64,000 nt of DNA from Klebsormidium nitens (Eukaryota; Plantae; Klebsormidiophyceae): assembly GCA_000708835.1 (NCBI GenBank), contig DF237216.1, forward strand, positions 1 through 64,000, given 5' to 3'. This document shows, piece by piece, positions 25,782-36,056 of this stretch (position 1 is its first letter; each line of letters starts with the position of its first letter). A program made the position numbers and the translations under genes. The notes under the pieces were generated by a model. It did no database searches, was not told the DNA's origin, and saw nothing but the letters and a program-made list of their open reading frames with translations.

Positions 25782-25875
25782 GCTGGCGTGCCGTTTCCGC
25801 CGTCTCGTCACGGAAGCGGCGGAGAGAGCGGATCCAAGTTCTCAAAGAAGCGTCGACAGCCCAAAGACCTGCGCA

Positions 25876-26862
25876 CACAGGGAGATTTGGTTTTCTCCCC
25901 CCCTTTCTCCCCCCCTTCTCTCCTCTCGGGGGGCGGAGAAAACATTCTCCCCCGGTCGGGGCCGAGTGGGGGAGAATTCTCCACCACATAAGGGGCGGAG
26001 AACGGTCTCCCCACGGAGGAGAAATTCTCCCCCTTCTGACGATGCGGGGGAGAACAAGGGGAGAATTCTCCCCCTAGTTAACCAGTGGGGGAGAAAATTC
26101 TCCCCCTACTCTCCCCCGCTCCTCTCAGGCGAAGGCGGCATGCAAGCCGTTCGAACGTCCAAATGATGCATTAAAAGTTGTTTGAGTATCCTTTGGTGTT
26201 GCTAAAAGCATCAATTTTGCTAAAGGTTTAAATTGCTCGGTTTTATTAACTTGTCTATATTTTGGTCGTCCAAGCCCCCACTAAGGTATTTGCTTAGCTG
26301 TAAACTGAATCAGAGCGGATGGAATTCACGAACGTACTTTAATTTCCGTCTCTACTAGAGAGCTTTTGAAGATAACATACACGCTAAAAGAGGCGTAGAG
26401 TCTTTTGCAAGGCGCAGATTCTCAAAATAGTCACTACATCAACGGTATATAAATTCAAAGCTGATCCCTAGCGGTACACAGAAGTGAAATAGCTCAGGTG
26501 GTTAAGGCGTCAGGTCTAGCAGTCGGAAGACAGGGGTTCAAGTCCGGGTGGTGACAAGCCTGCAACATTTTCCAAAATCAATTTCTATTTTATGTTTTAG
26601 CATTCAAAACCTTTCTTGCCGGTCTCACCAAGCATACCCGGGTGCGTTTTTTCAAGATTTCCAAACACTTTCCAAGAAACGAAGCAATTTTTGAGTGGGA
26701 GAGAAAAGTGGAGGAGAATTCTCCTCCGGTGGGGGAGAGGGGGTGGAGAGTGACGGTTCTCCTCCCCCCGGGGAGAAGTGGGGGAGACAGGTGGGGAGGC
26801 ATGTCTCCCCCGGTTCTCCCCCTCTTCTCCCCCCGGTGGGGAGATAACCAATCCTCCCTGTG
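25876..26862. mobile_element. Non-autonomous CACTA/CMC-superfamily DNA transposon (987 bp)
   Basis: Termini CACAGGGAG...CTCCCTGTG; 25-bp TIRs match at 22/25. 3-bp TSD GCA at 25873-25875 and 26863-26865. Subterminal arrays of GGAGAA/TTCTCC motifs in both orientations. The paralogous locus near 30790 lacks the insert. Confidence 0.9.
26483..26557 (+). other. Degenerate tRNA-like sequence (Pol III A-box and B-box) inside the CMC element
   Basis: A-box TAGCTCAGGTGG (26490-26501) and B-box GGTTCAAGTCC (26535-26545) at tRNA spacing. The acceptor and T stems do not pair, so it is not a functional tRNA. Confidence 0.7.
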
Positions 26863-27764
26863 GCAGAGAAGCTGTTGAGGCTATGGTACAAATTTAGGGA
26901 CCTTGACGACACTCAACAGATCGGAGAAGCTTCTTGGGCGGAATCAAGGCGGATCTGTTGCGCTGAACTAGCCTAAGAAATTGATGGTTCAGACTTTGCG
27001 AGGACAAGCTAGTAAGGGCCTCAACCCATGCTGCTGCTATCTGCCGCTTTATCCGCAAGCTCTGTCCTCCAAGTTTTCAACAAGGAAAGACGCTACTGCA
27101 AGAAGAGGGCCCGGAGCTCTTCAAATGTCACTTGAAGTAAAGACCGCTGTCAGATTCAGTGGAAGACGGGCAGGTTGAAAGGCATTACGTTGAGCTTAGA
27201 CCATGGGGATTCACCTATGCAATCAGCAGTACTCGTATAAATCAGCCGAAGATGACTCCAACTTTGGACTTGCAACAAGCTTACGGTTTCTCCTTGTGAG
27301 CAACAGACAGTTCACGTACTCAGTCTTTAAAATGCTTCCAACTTTGCAAGATTGACAAGATTGTTCCACCAATAATAAGATCCAGGTTCGAGGCGTGTAC
27401 TCTGAACAAACGAACACAGAGTCCCATCTAAGGTCGAGTTGATAACCAAACGAGGGAGCTTACAAAAGAACCGCTGCTCCATTTGTGACCTTTTCTCCGC
27501 ATGATGGGTGGCAGTGAAACGCCGTGCCAACAAGCCATCAGATGGCACTGGCGTCAGATTACATCAGCTTGTTGCTGTCATTCCAAGCCACGGAGTACTC
27601 AGGCGACCTACCTCAGAATGTTCAGTGCGGCGCTCCTTCGCTTGTTCTGACGAGCTTGTCTTGTTCAGCGTACCAGGCCAGTTTTTTTAAAATCGCACAT
27701 CCTACAGTAGTTTCTGATGCACGGTCCCAGCCTGTAGGTAGCTTTTTGTGAGTGACCTGAGAAA

Positions 27765-27925
27765 CTCAGGCGCGGCGCGGCGCGTACGTCGCGCGGCATA
27801 TGGCGCGCCGCGCCGTGTCACCCGCCCGGCCACCGCGCGGTTGCAACCCGGCGGGCGCGTCCGGCACAGGTCCTAAACCAAACTCGGAACCCTTCGTCCG
27901 AGTTTGCGGCCGCGACTCGGACGTG
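27765..27925. promoter_or_regulatory. GC-rich putative bidirectional promoter island between F-box-like copies 1 and 2
   Basis: CG-rich inverted repeats (ggcgcggcgcg...cgcgccgcgcc) and GCGGCCGCGACTCGG, located between divergent genes and homologous to 31740-31870. Confidence 0.5.
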
Positions 27926-28738
27926 CCTGCAGAGCGGCGTCTGGAAGCCTTTGTGCGAAAAATACTTGAATGAGGTGCTAGTATCAGGAGCTTCGGGAGC
28001 TCCGCCCAGACGAAACCCGCTCTTTTGGTTTCAGGTGCTCTTGAAAGGTGTTTTTACACGAGGTGGGTTGGCGGACACGCGCCTTTCTTCTGTAAACTTA
28101 GCGATATTTAGTGCATACACTAAGAGCATATTGGACCTGTGCCAAGATTGAAGTGAACTTTTTTGAAGTGTTTTAAGTCGTCTTGCATCTTACGGTACTG
28201 CGTGTAAGTGCAGTCTTAACCTGTGATCAAACCCTGGCTTCTTCAAAGCTAGGGGCGCTGTTGACGTTGCAATATCAGTGCTGGTTGAACAACTCAGCGT
28301 ACTGGACAAATGATTAACTCGGATGAATAAGAGAACTTGGTGAACTGGCTAACAAGTGGTGGGCTAACGCCCAGTCATAAGTAGAAAATAATTTGTGATA
28401 CTTTTCGGTTTTTACTAAAGAGGACATGATTGGGACGTGATGATAAGCAATTGGCATTGCCAAGAGATTAAGGCGGAAACCTACGGACTGATGCTTGCAG
28501 AAAGCCGGAACAAACACAGGCCAAGCTTCCGCTTTTGCTCTGTTGTCCACAGCTAGTGATCAGGAGACTGGTCCCTGGACTTGCTTTTGGAGACTTTTCC
28601 CCAGACATAGGGTTCAGTCACTGAGTCGAGAGTGTGGAAACACTTAGAGAGATTGAAACACTCACGCCGCAACACTAGCTCTCTGCATGCCTGCAGAAGA
28701 AGTAGTCGGTGAGGGCGATGCGGAGTTGTTACGAAGCT

Positions 28739-29353
28739 ATGGAGGCCACCAGTGACGTCATCTACCTACTCGTACAACGTGGAGAACTAGAGGTGCGAGA
28801 CTTGTGCCGCCTGGTCTGCGTGTCCCGGGCACTCAGAAGCTCTCTCGCCGGAACGGTTCTCACGCGCACCGCAGTTTTGAGGTACCGAGTAGAGACGATA
28901 GGCAAGCGGTGTGATGTCCTTGAACAAAATTGTCAAAATTTTCGTTACGTTCTTCTACGAGATCTTCAACGCCACTGCGAAGAATACTGGGCTCCTGAGA
29001 CTCGTAGCTATCTTGAACGGCTCAAGCTGTTGAAGGAAAGACTCCACCGGGTCAAAGCCGACCTAGAACGGTTGGGGAAAGAAGATCCGGGTCCGCTTAA
29101 AAACGGTTTGAACTCTTTGGAGGGGTACTTGACCTTAGAAGGACCGGAGGAAGTTCAGCGCTGCGCAAAGTTTTGGGGCATAACAGGAGCGTTGAAGCAG
29201 TGTAATGAGTGGCTTCGAGAATGGTCGTTTTGGGCACGGCAGAGGAAGCTTTTGGCGCTGGGCAATAATCTACAGAGATTCGAGTCGGAATTGAGTTTCG
29301 CCTGCCGGATGTACAGGCTAGAGGAACTGTTGCGACATCGAGGTTACATGTGA
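28739..29353 (+). CDS. F-box-like/helical family protein, copy 2 (204 aa; alternative ATG at 28718)
   Basis: MEATSDVIYLLVQRGELEVRDLCRLVCVSRALRSSL... with WGITGALKQCNEWL...RKLLAL. 5'-UTR acceptor cctgcag at ~28696. Confidence 0.78.
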   Translation: MEATSDVIYLLVQRGELEVRDLCRLVCVSRALRSSLAGTVLTRTAVLRYRVETIGKRCDVLEQNCQNFRYVLLRDLQRHCEEYWAPETRSYLERLKLLKERLHRVKADLERLGKEDPGPLKNGLNSLEGYLTLEGPEEVQRCAKFWGITGALKQCNEWLREWSFWARQRKLLALGNNLQRFESELSFACRMYRLEELLRHRGYM

Positions 29354-30069
29354 TGGGCGGAAAGAAAAAAAGGCCAGAAAATAGAAGTCCACCTGGTTCT
29401 GATCTGCTCTCGTTCGGATTGCCACAAATTAAACGTATGAAATTTTCTGCACGTAGCTTTTGAGAGTGCGAGCTTTCAAGTTACAGTGTTTACTTGCTGC
29501 ATATCAGACCACGGGGTCCATTGGCAGAAACGCGGCCACCGAGAGTCCTTCAAACACAGCAGTATTCCTATGTAGAATGGCAATACCTTCATGAGTTTGT
29601 GAGAGAGATTGAGTCTGCTTCTTCTGACATTTAGAGCTCCATTCATGAGATTTGCGCCGCGGTTCTAAGCAGTGCCAGTAATGCTTGAGTGCTCGAGGAG
29701 AGATGGTAATTCATCGGCAAAGGGTTGCGCCGGTAAACAGAGGTCGTCTGAAAACATTCGGGAAAACCGATTCTACTTCAACGGGCGGATAGCTTTGGTC
29801 CAACTGAAAGCATCATGCAGCGGGCCAAATAGCTCGAGACCAGCAGTACGCTTTGAATTCCGCGCAGGAAATGGACGTATGGCAGCGCACATGCAATACA
29901 AAAAACAGGGCGCGCGGTCGCGTTCATTCTCGTGCTCTCAGGATCGACAGCAAAGCCTGTATCTGGGAGGGTTTAACAAGGATCAAAATTCTGTTGTTGT
30001 AAAGTCCTCGCTGGACATACTAGTCGACTGCATGTTCTGGAAGCGATATGTACGTCAACTTTGACTTTT

Positions 30070-30709
30070 TACTCTCTAACTTGATACATTGGAAGCAAAC
30101 GGACAGAAGTCCCCATGACGAGTATCTTCCCCACACGGTATGCATCACCTATTATAGACGATAGATCTAGGTCCAGTTCAATCAGAAGAGCCCTCAGCCT
30201 CACGAGCTTTCCGTCTGCCAATCAATGTGCGCTCAAAGCCAAGCCATGCAAATTTCAAACTGCGCTTCCTCTTTGGTCAAACCACAATTTGAAGCAACAA
30301 ATCTCAAAAACTTGGTGTTTCAATAACCTTCCAGGATGCTGAAACGCTAGTCTGGACTTCCTCCAGTCCCTCTACTCCACTCCTGTCCCGGGCAACTATG
30401 CTTTCACCCGGGCCGGTTCCTTTCGTTTATTCACCCAATCGAGCAACTTGCTGCGCACCTCTGCCCTTGAATCTATGCCAATGATCCTTTAATTGTCTTC
30501 CTTGCGCTGTTGACAAAGGCTTCGAGCGCTAGGGCGCAACGGCTTTCTAGAGCGTCCAGTTTGTACCTCAGAATGACGGCACGCGTCAGAACCGTGCCGG
30601 CGAGGGAATCTCGAAGCGGGCGGGCAACGCATACCAGGCGTCCCAAGTCCGCCACACCTAGTTCCTCGCGTTGGACGAGCAGGTAAATGACGTCACCAAA
30701 GGCGTCCAT
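30070..30709 (-). pseudogene. F-box-like family copy 3, truncated and frameshifted
   Basis: The N-terminus is nearly identical to copy 1 and the ORF stops at 30473. Downstream, other frames retain LSAH*LADGKLVRLRALLIELDLDL, homologous to copy 1 LRAYELKDRKLLRLKALLIEIDSDL. Confidence 0.8.
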
Positions 30710-31739
30710 GCTGGCGTGCCGTCACGGAAGCGGCGGGGAGAGCGGACCCAACTTCTTAAAGGAGCGTCAGAAGCTCCGAAGTCCTGCGCAAACAATCCGT
30801 TGTTCAGGGTACATCAAGTATTAGGTTCAGGGGATTCCAGGGAACTAGAAGGACTTTCAAGACTGCGAAGCAACGAGAGCTTTCAAAACGAGAAAAGCGG
30901 GGTACTTTTCAATATGCTGACCTAGATTTGTACCGTCACGAATTGATATTCGTTTCAGAGCTGACATAGAAAAGTAAGGGCCCACTGCGGCGTTCGTGCC
31001 GCTTCACCCGCCAGCGCTGTCCCACAATTTGTCACAAGGAAAGACGCTACTGCAAGGAGAGAGCCCAGCGCTCTTTACATGCCACGAGCTTGAAGTAGAG
31101 ACTGTGGTCAAAGTCAGTGGCAAACTAGGCAGTTTACAGGCATCGCAAGGAGCTTAACAGACCAAGATGAATCGCTTACCACTGATCAATGTTAACTAAC
31201 AGAAACCCCGACTTCGAATTTGAGCAACAGGCTCCCCGTTATTCCTGGTACAGTAGCTATTGACCCTAACTAAACAAGGAACACAATTCAGGTAATTTGA
31301 ACAAGGGGACCAATGTAAGGTCAAGCTACGTAAGAACGTTGAATAACAAAACGAGGGCGTTTATAGAGAACACAGAACTGAGACCGAACTGTGCGTACTC
31401 TCCTGACATCAAGTGATGGGTAGAAGAGAATCCATTCACACGGGCTATTATGTGGCAACGTCGCAAGTGGCACAAGCCGCGCTCGGTTCCCTTTGGCTTG
31501 CAATTGACGTCCCGCAAACGGGGGTTTTTGGCAGGCGTGCAGCTACCAGCTTTGAATGTCCTGTACGCGCTACAAGGCTTTTGTTGTTGATCAGATTGTA
31601 CTGATGAGCTGACTTTGCAAAACAGGCCGAGTCTTGGAACAATTGCACACCCTCATGTGCACGGCTTCTTATGAAGGTGAGTCCACGGACAATCACTACG
31701 TGAATGAGAATTGACGGTCCTGAGAGGCCGAGATGTGGC

Positions 31740-31870
31740 GCGTGGCCGCTCTCAGTATAGTAGTATAGGAACGGATCGACCGCCGTCGCGGCCGCGCCCT
31801 GCCGCCCTATAAAACCCTTCGAATTTTCTGCAAACCCCTCGGACTTCGCGGCGCGGCCGCGACTCGGTTT
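31740..31870. promoter_or_regulatory. GC-rich putative bidirectional promoter island between copies 3 and 4
   Basis: GCGGCCGCG at ~31788, CTATAAAA at ~31807 and CGCGGCGCGGCCGCGACTCGG at ~31846; homologous to the 27765-27925 island. Confidence 0.5.
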
Positions 31871-32643
31871 TTGCAGGGGGTCATGCAGTCGCGCCAGGGC
31901 TTGGATACGACAAATGACAAAGTCAGCACCTGGAAGCGCCTGTGCGACGAACTCCAGGTTGCTCAAGTATTGGTGATGCGTTCTGCTTTTGGTCTCAACT
32001 GATCTTGACGGGCAATCGCAACTGAGGTAAGTTATTCACGCGCCTCTCTTCTCTGGAAGCGATGAGTGCGATTACTGAAAAGGGAATCTGTGCCAACATG
32101 CGCATGGAGTTGTTGCTCTGATTGGTGCCCTCGTCCTGCTTACATGCACTGCGTGTAAGTGCAGTCTGATCTTCTGTTCGAATCCGGCTTTCAGAATGCT
32201 AAAAGCTGTTTCGATTTGAGTGCTGGAACAACTTGGGATGCTGGAAGTCCATGCAAACGAATTCTTGTAACAAGAACACTGTTCAAGGTTTAGGCTATTG
32301 CCCAGTAAGTGAGACGCTTTGAAGGCTTTGTGTTTTCTCACGTATGGGCGGGACTTGCATGAAACAGTTACAGCGGCCACCGCTAAAAGGAGCTAGGCGG
32401 AGATTTGCTTGCCAAGTGCAGATCAAACCTTATGCCAAGCTTCTGCTTCTGCTTCCTGTACAATCTTTAAAACTTCTAATGCGGTAATCCTTTCCTGGCC
32501 TTGATGTTTGGGAGTTAATTCCAATCCGCTGGCCTCACTAATTCAGGTTGGGAAACCATGAAACAAGCACTCAAGTCGCATCAGCTTTTCGCTATTTCGC
32601 ATGCCTGCTGCAGGAGACGTCATTGGTAAACACGCGGGTCTAG

Positions 32644-33282
32644 ATGGAAATGGACGCCTTCAGTGACGTCATCTACCTGCTTGTCCAACGGGAAGAACTA
32701 GAGGTGCGGGACTTGGGCCGCTTGGTCTGCGTGTCCCGACCGCTCAGAAGCTCTCTTGCCGGACCGGTTCTGACCCCCGCCGCCATCGTGAGGTACCGGG
32801 TCGATATAGTAGACAAGCGGTGCGAAGCCTTGAGAACCGCTTGTCAGAATAACAAGAATCTCCTTCTACAACGAGAGCTGGAACGCCAGATACTCCGTGA
32901 TTGGTATCCCGACGGTCAGTATTATATCAAACGGCTAGAGCGGTTGCAAGGGAAAAGCGACCGAGTCAAAGCCAACTTAGAGAAGTTGCGTAAACAAGCG
33001 GAGGTAGAGGGCCCGCTGGGAGCAGTTTTGATCCGTTTGGAAGCATATTTGACCGTAAAAGGGTCGCAGCAGGTTGAGCAATCCGCGAAAAGTTGGGGCG
33101 TAACAGGAGCAGTTACGCAGTGCAAGGAATGGCTTGGAGCATGGACGTACCGGGCACAGAAGAGAAAGCTTCTGAATCTGGGCGGTGTTGTAAAGGAACT
33201 GCGGGAAGATTTGATGGAAATATTCTGGATGTACAGGCTAGCTGAATACAGACTGCAGCGGCTTCCATCATATTTAAGATAG
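32644..33282 (+). CDS. F-box-like/helical family protein, copy 4 (212 aa)
   Basis: MEMDAFSDVIYLLVQREELEVRDLGRLVCVSRPLRSSL...; colinear with copy 2 throughout (RVKANLEKL, GPL, YLT.KG, WGVTGAVTQCKEWL, RKLL, MYRL). Confidence 0.8.
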   Translation: MEMDAFSDVIYLLVQREELEVRDLGRLVCVSRPLRSSLAGPVLTPAAIVRYRVDIVDKRCEALRTACQNNKNLLLQRELERQILRDWYPDGQYYIKRLERLQGKSDRVKANLEKLRKQAEVEGPLGAVLIRLEAYLTVKGSQQVEQSAKSWGVTGAVTQCKEWLGAWTYRAQKRKLLNLGGVVKELREDLMEIFWMYRLAEYRLQRLPSYLR

Positions 33283-35435
33283 GCCAGAATTGCACAACTG
33301 GTGGTGCAGGTGTCACTTGGTGGGAGTCATGCACAAGGGCCGGGATAGAATCAATAGCCTCTTTTTTGGAGACCGCCAGAGCTGTGGTTTACAACCCGAG
33401 AGTTGTTTCGTTTATCTTGCATTTCTTTACCACAACATCTAGAAAGGCGAAGTAAGTACAAGGCCATGTCAGAGGGTTGTCAATGCTCATAAGAAGAATC
33501 CAGAGCAGAAAGATTTAGATCTGGATGCTTGAGCGCTATGATGATGAATAAATTCACTTGTAGTGCATTTCCTTCATTTCATGAACTCGAAGAACACAGC
33601 GCTCCGTTCATTGAGCATGTCTATGGACACACTTGAGAGCCCATACTATCACGTTCGCGCGTCATCTCGATGAAGAATGCAAAAAAATATAGTACCGCGC
33701 AGCTTTGTGGCCGCCTCTATTGCCTGCCAGCTCTCGCGGTCAGATCACTTCTGCTCGCTGAAGAGGAGAATACCCGATGTGTCTAGCTTCGTACAGCCCA
33801 ACTTGCTCCTCAGTACCTCCGACGCATGCACCGTTTGGACTTTCATGCAGCACACATATGTACAGTTTCTATGCTGTTACTCTCCTTACGTCCTCGCAAG
33901 TGTACAAGTGAATACCACAGGTGAGCCCCTGAAGCCACTGCTTGCAGAGACCGATGACGTCAAGGATCTCGGGCCCCTTAACCTCGCACCCAAGATATTG
34001 TTTTTGGCGGATTGTTCGATAGCCACCAGAAAGGCGTGGGATATTGTACATCGTCGATTTCCGCAAACTTCGCACCTATTGAATCGCAGACTTGTTGTGC
34101 AACATTTTGGGTGCGGGTTAAAGGTGCCCTGAGGATGGATCAGCGGCCTCTGGGCTGTCGCGCCTTCCAGGTGTGCTTCATGTACTGCTCAACTGCTCCA
34201 ACAATCGAGTGGCCAATGCAACATAGCTTGTAAACATGCATCGACGCCCGCGCGCCGTGCGGCCGCGCTAGTCTCCAGCCCGCCAGCTGCAGCCTAAATC
34301 CCGCGGAAGCCGCCGCGCGCCACGGCCGCGTGTGCCTTAGCTCCGTCAGTCTGACGCGGTTCTGACGGTCGCTTGCCTTACTGAAAAACGACTGGCAGGC
34401 CTGAACAAACTAAAAATTCAGATTGAAGCTGTCGTGCAAAGAACCCCCTGGCCAGCATCAGATACCCGGAAGGCTGTTCGAAGGGCGCCCAGAAGCCAGC
34501 CGGCCTGGTAGATCGAATCAAGAATTAATCACTAAGCAGGCAAGGTCACGACGAGGGCCTCCGGAGAGTTTGGGTAAGCCAGGTCAGACGACGGGCATGC
34601 TAAAGGTCAGTTGCTTTACGGTATCTGCGACAGAGTGGAGGCCTCACAAAAGCCTCGCTGTAAATCAGGTCATGGGAGCTGGTGTAGAGTACTGATCAAT
34701 GGCACGGAGCGTTTGTTTCAAGAAGTCACGTGGGTTTGTTCACGGACTTTTTCTCTCCTCACAGGGTGCTTTCAAAGCGAAACTTGCAAACCTTATTACG
34801 AATAGAAAACATTTCTCGAACATCGTCCTTGCTTTGAAGCATTCGCGTTCGAGCTTCCTGTTATGCTCAAGACGGAGAACCTGGGCTGTGTTTGTGCAGG
34901 CAACTGCTTTTTTCTCCAATGTCTGGGAGGGGAAATTTTCGTATTGCAGAATGACCTTCCTACTGATTGATGCTCCTTTCCCCTTTTTTCTGCTGTGATC
35001 GTTCTTCGGAAATTCGTGACTTTTCTTGCCCATCCTTAGTATATATTTCTTAACCGTCCTCAATAGCTTTCTCTTTTCAAGCACCTTAGAAGATGTACGG
35101 TCACGATCTCGAAATCTATAGAAATGGTCGGATTGCTCACTAGGTTATCAGTAGTTAAGGTTACTTGCTCCTTTAGCTTCAGCCGTTATTCTCTCAAGTT
35201 CTGCGCTAAAACAATTGGCAGACGCATGAATAGTGGTGCTGCATAGTTTCAAGTTCTAACCGACCAGGTTTAAGGCAAACACACTTCAGCTTCTTCCGAG
35301 CAAAACCATCAACTTTAGCGGACTAAAAGACATTCATGTCCTGTCAGGTTTTTCGATCAGCCCACACGAGCGCACAGCGTCTTGAGACGAGCGCTCACCT
35401 TCGAACAAAGCGACACTAGAAGAGACGCTGTAGGG

Positions 35436-36056
35436 ATGGCCGCTTTTGATGACGTCATCTACTTCCTCTTCCAACGGGGTGATCTGAGTCTACGGGACTT
35501 AGCCCGCTTGGCCTGCGTGGCGAGCCCAAAAAGAGACTTTCTCGCCTCCTTTCTCACGTCATCCGAGGTAGTCAACTTTCGGGTAGACACTTTCGAGTCG
35601 CGCAAGAAGAGTCTTCGTGGAAGATGGGAGCCTCTGAAAGGAAGACTGAGCGACGCTTCACTCCGCCGGTCGAGCCGTAGGACCGAGGCAACGGAATTTG
35701 TGGATGAGCTTCTTCGTACCGTAGAGCTGATTTTGGAAATGGAAGAGAAGGCCTTGAATAGGTTGAAGCGGGTACGAGCGGCGCGCGAGCGGTTTGCTAG
35801 GTTTCTGAAGACGCGCTTTTGCGCGCCGCGGGTTTCGCAAAGGCATGAAAGTACAGCGGGATTTATCAAGGGAGCCGCCGCCGCGAAGGTCGCAAAGTGG
35901 CTTGCGAAGGGGCCAAAAAAGGCAAGAGAAATGCAGATCACGGCATTCAAGTTAACGAAATCTTTTGATAAGCTTGAGGAACTCATCGAAGTCAGTGGAA
36001 CTTTTGAATCGAGTATATTCATGTATCTCGCATTCTACTGGCGGCAGCTTGGATAG
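35436..36056 (+). CDS. F-box-like/helical family protein, copy 5, most divergent (206 aa)
   Basis: MAAFDDVIYFLFQRGDLSLRDLARLACVASPKRDFL...; charged helical body. GC island with GCGGCCGCG upstream at ~34250-34330. Confidence 0.72.
   Translation: MAAFDDVIYFLFQRGDLSLRDLARLACVASPKRDFLASFLTSSEVVNFRVDTFESRKKSLRGRWEPLKGRLSDASLRRSSRRTEATEFVDELLRTVELILEMEEKALNRLKRVRAARERFARFLKTRFCAPRVSQRHESTAGFIKGAAAAKVAKWLAKGPKKAREMQITAFKLTKSFDKLEELIEVSGTFESSIFMYLAFYWRQLG

Noticed and set aside
26483-26557. Functional tRNA gene
   Set aside because: Acceptor and T stems do not pair and the anticodon loop is 8 nt; retained only as a tRNA-derived relic.
35459-36022. 187-aa minus-strand ORF
   Set aside because: Antisense shadow of F-box-like copy 5. 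The same applies to many short ORFs opposite the GC-rich exons.
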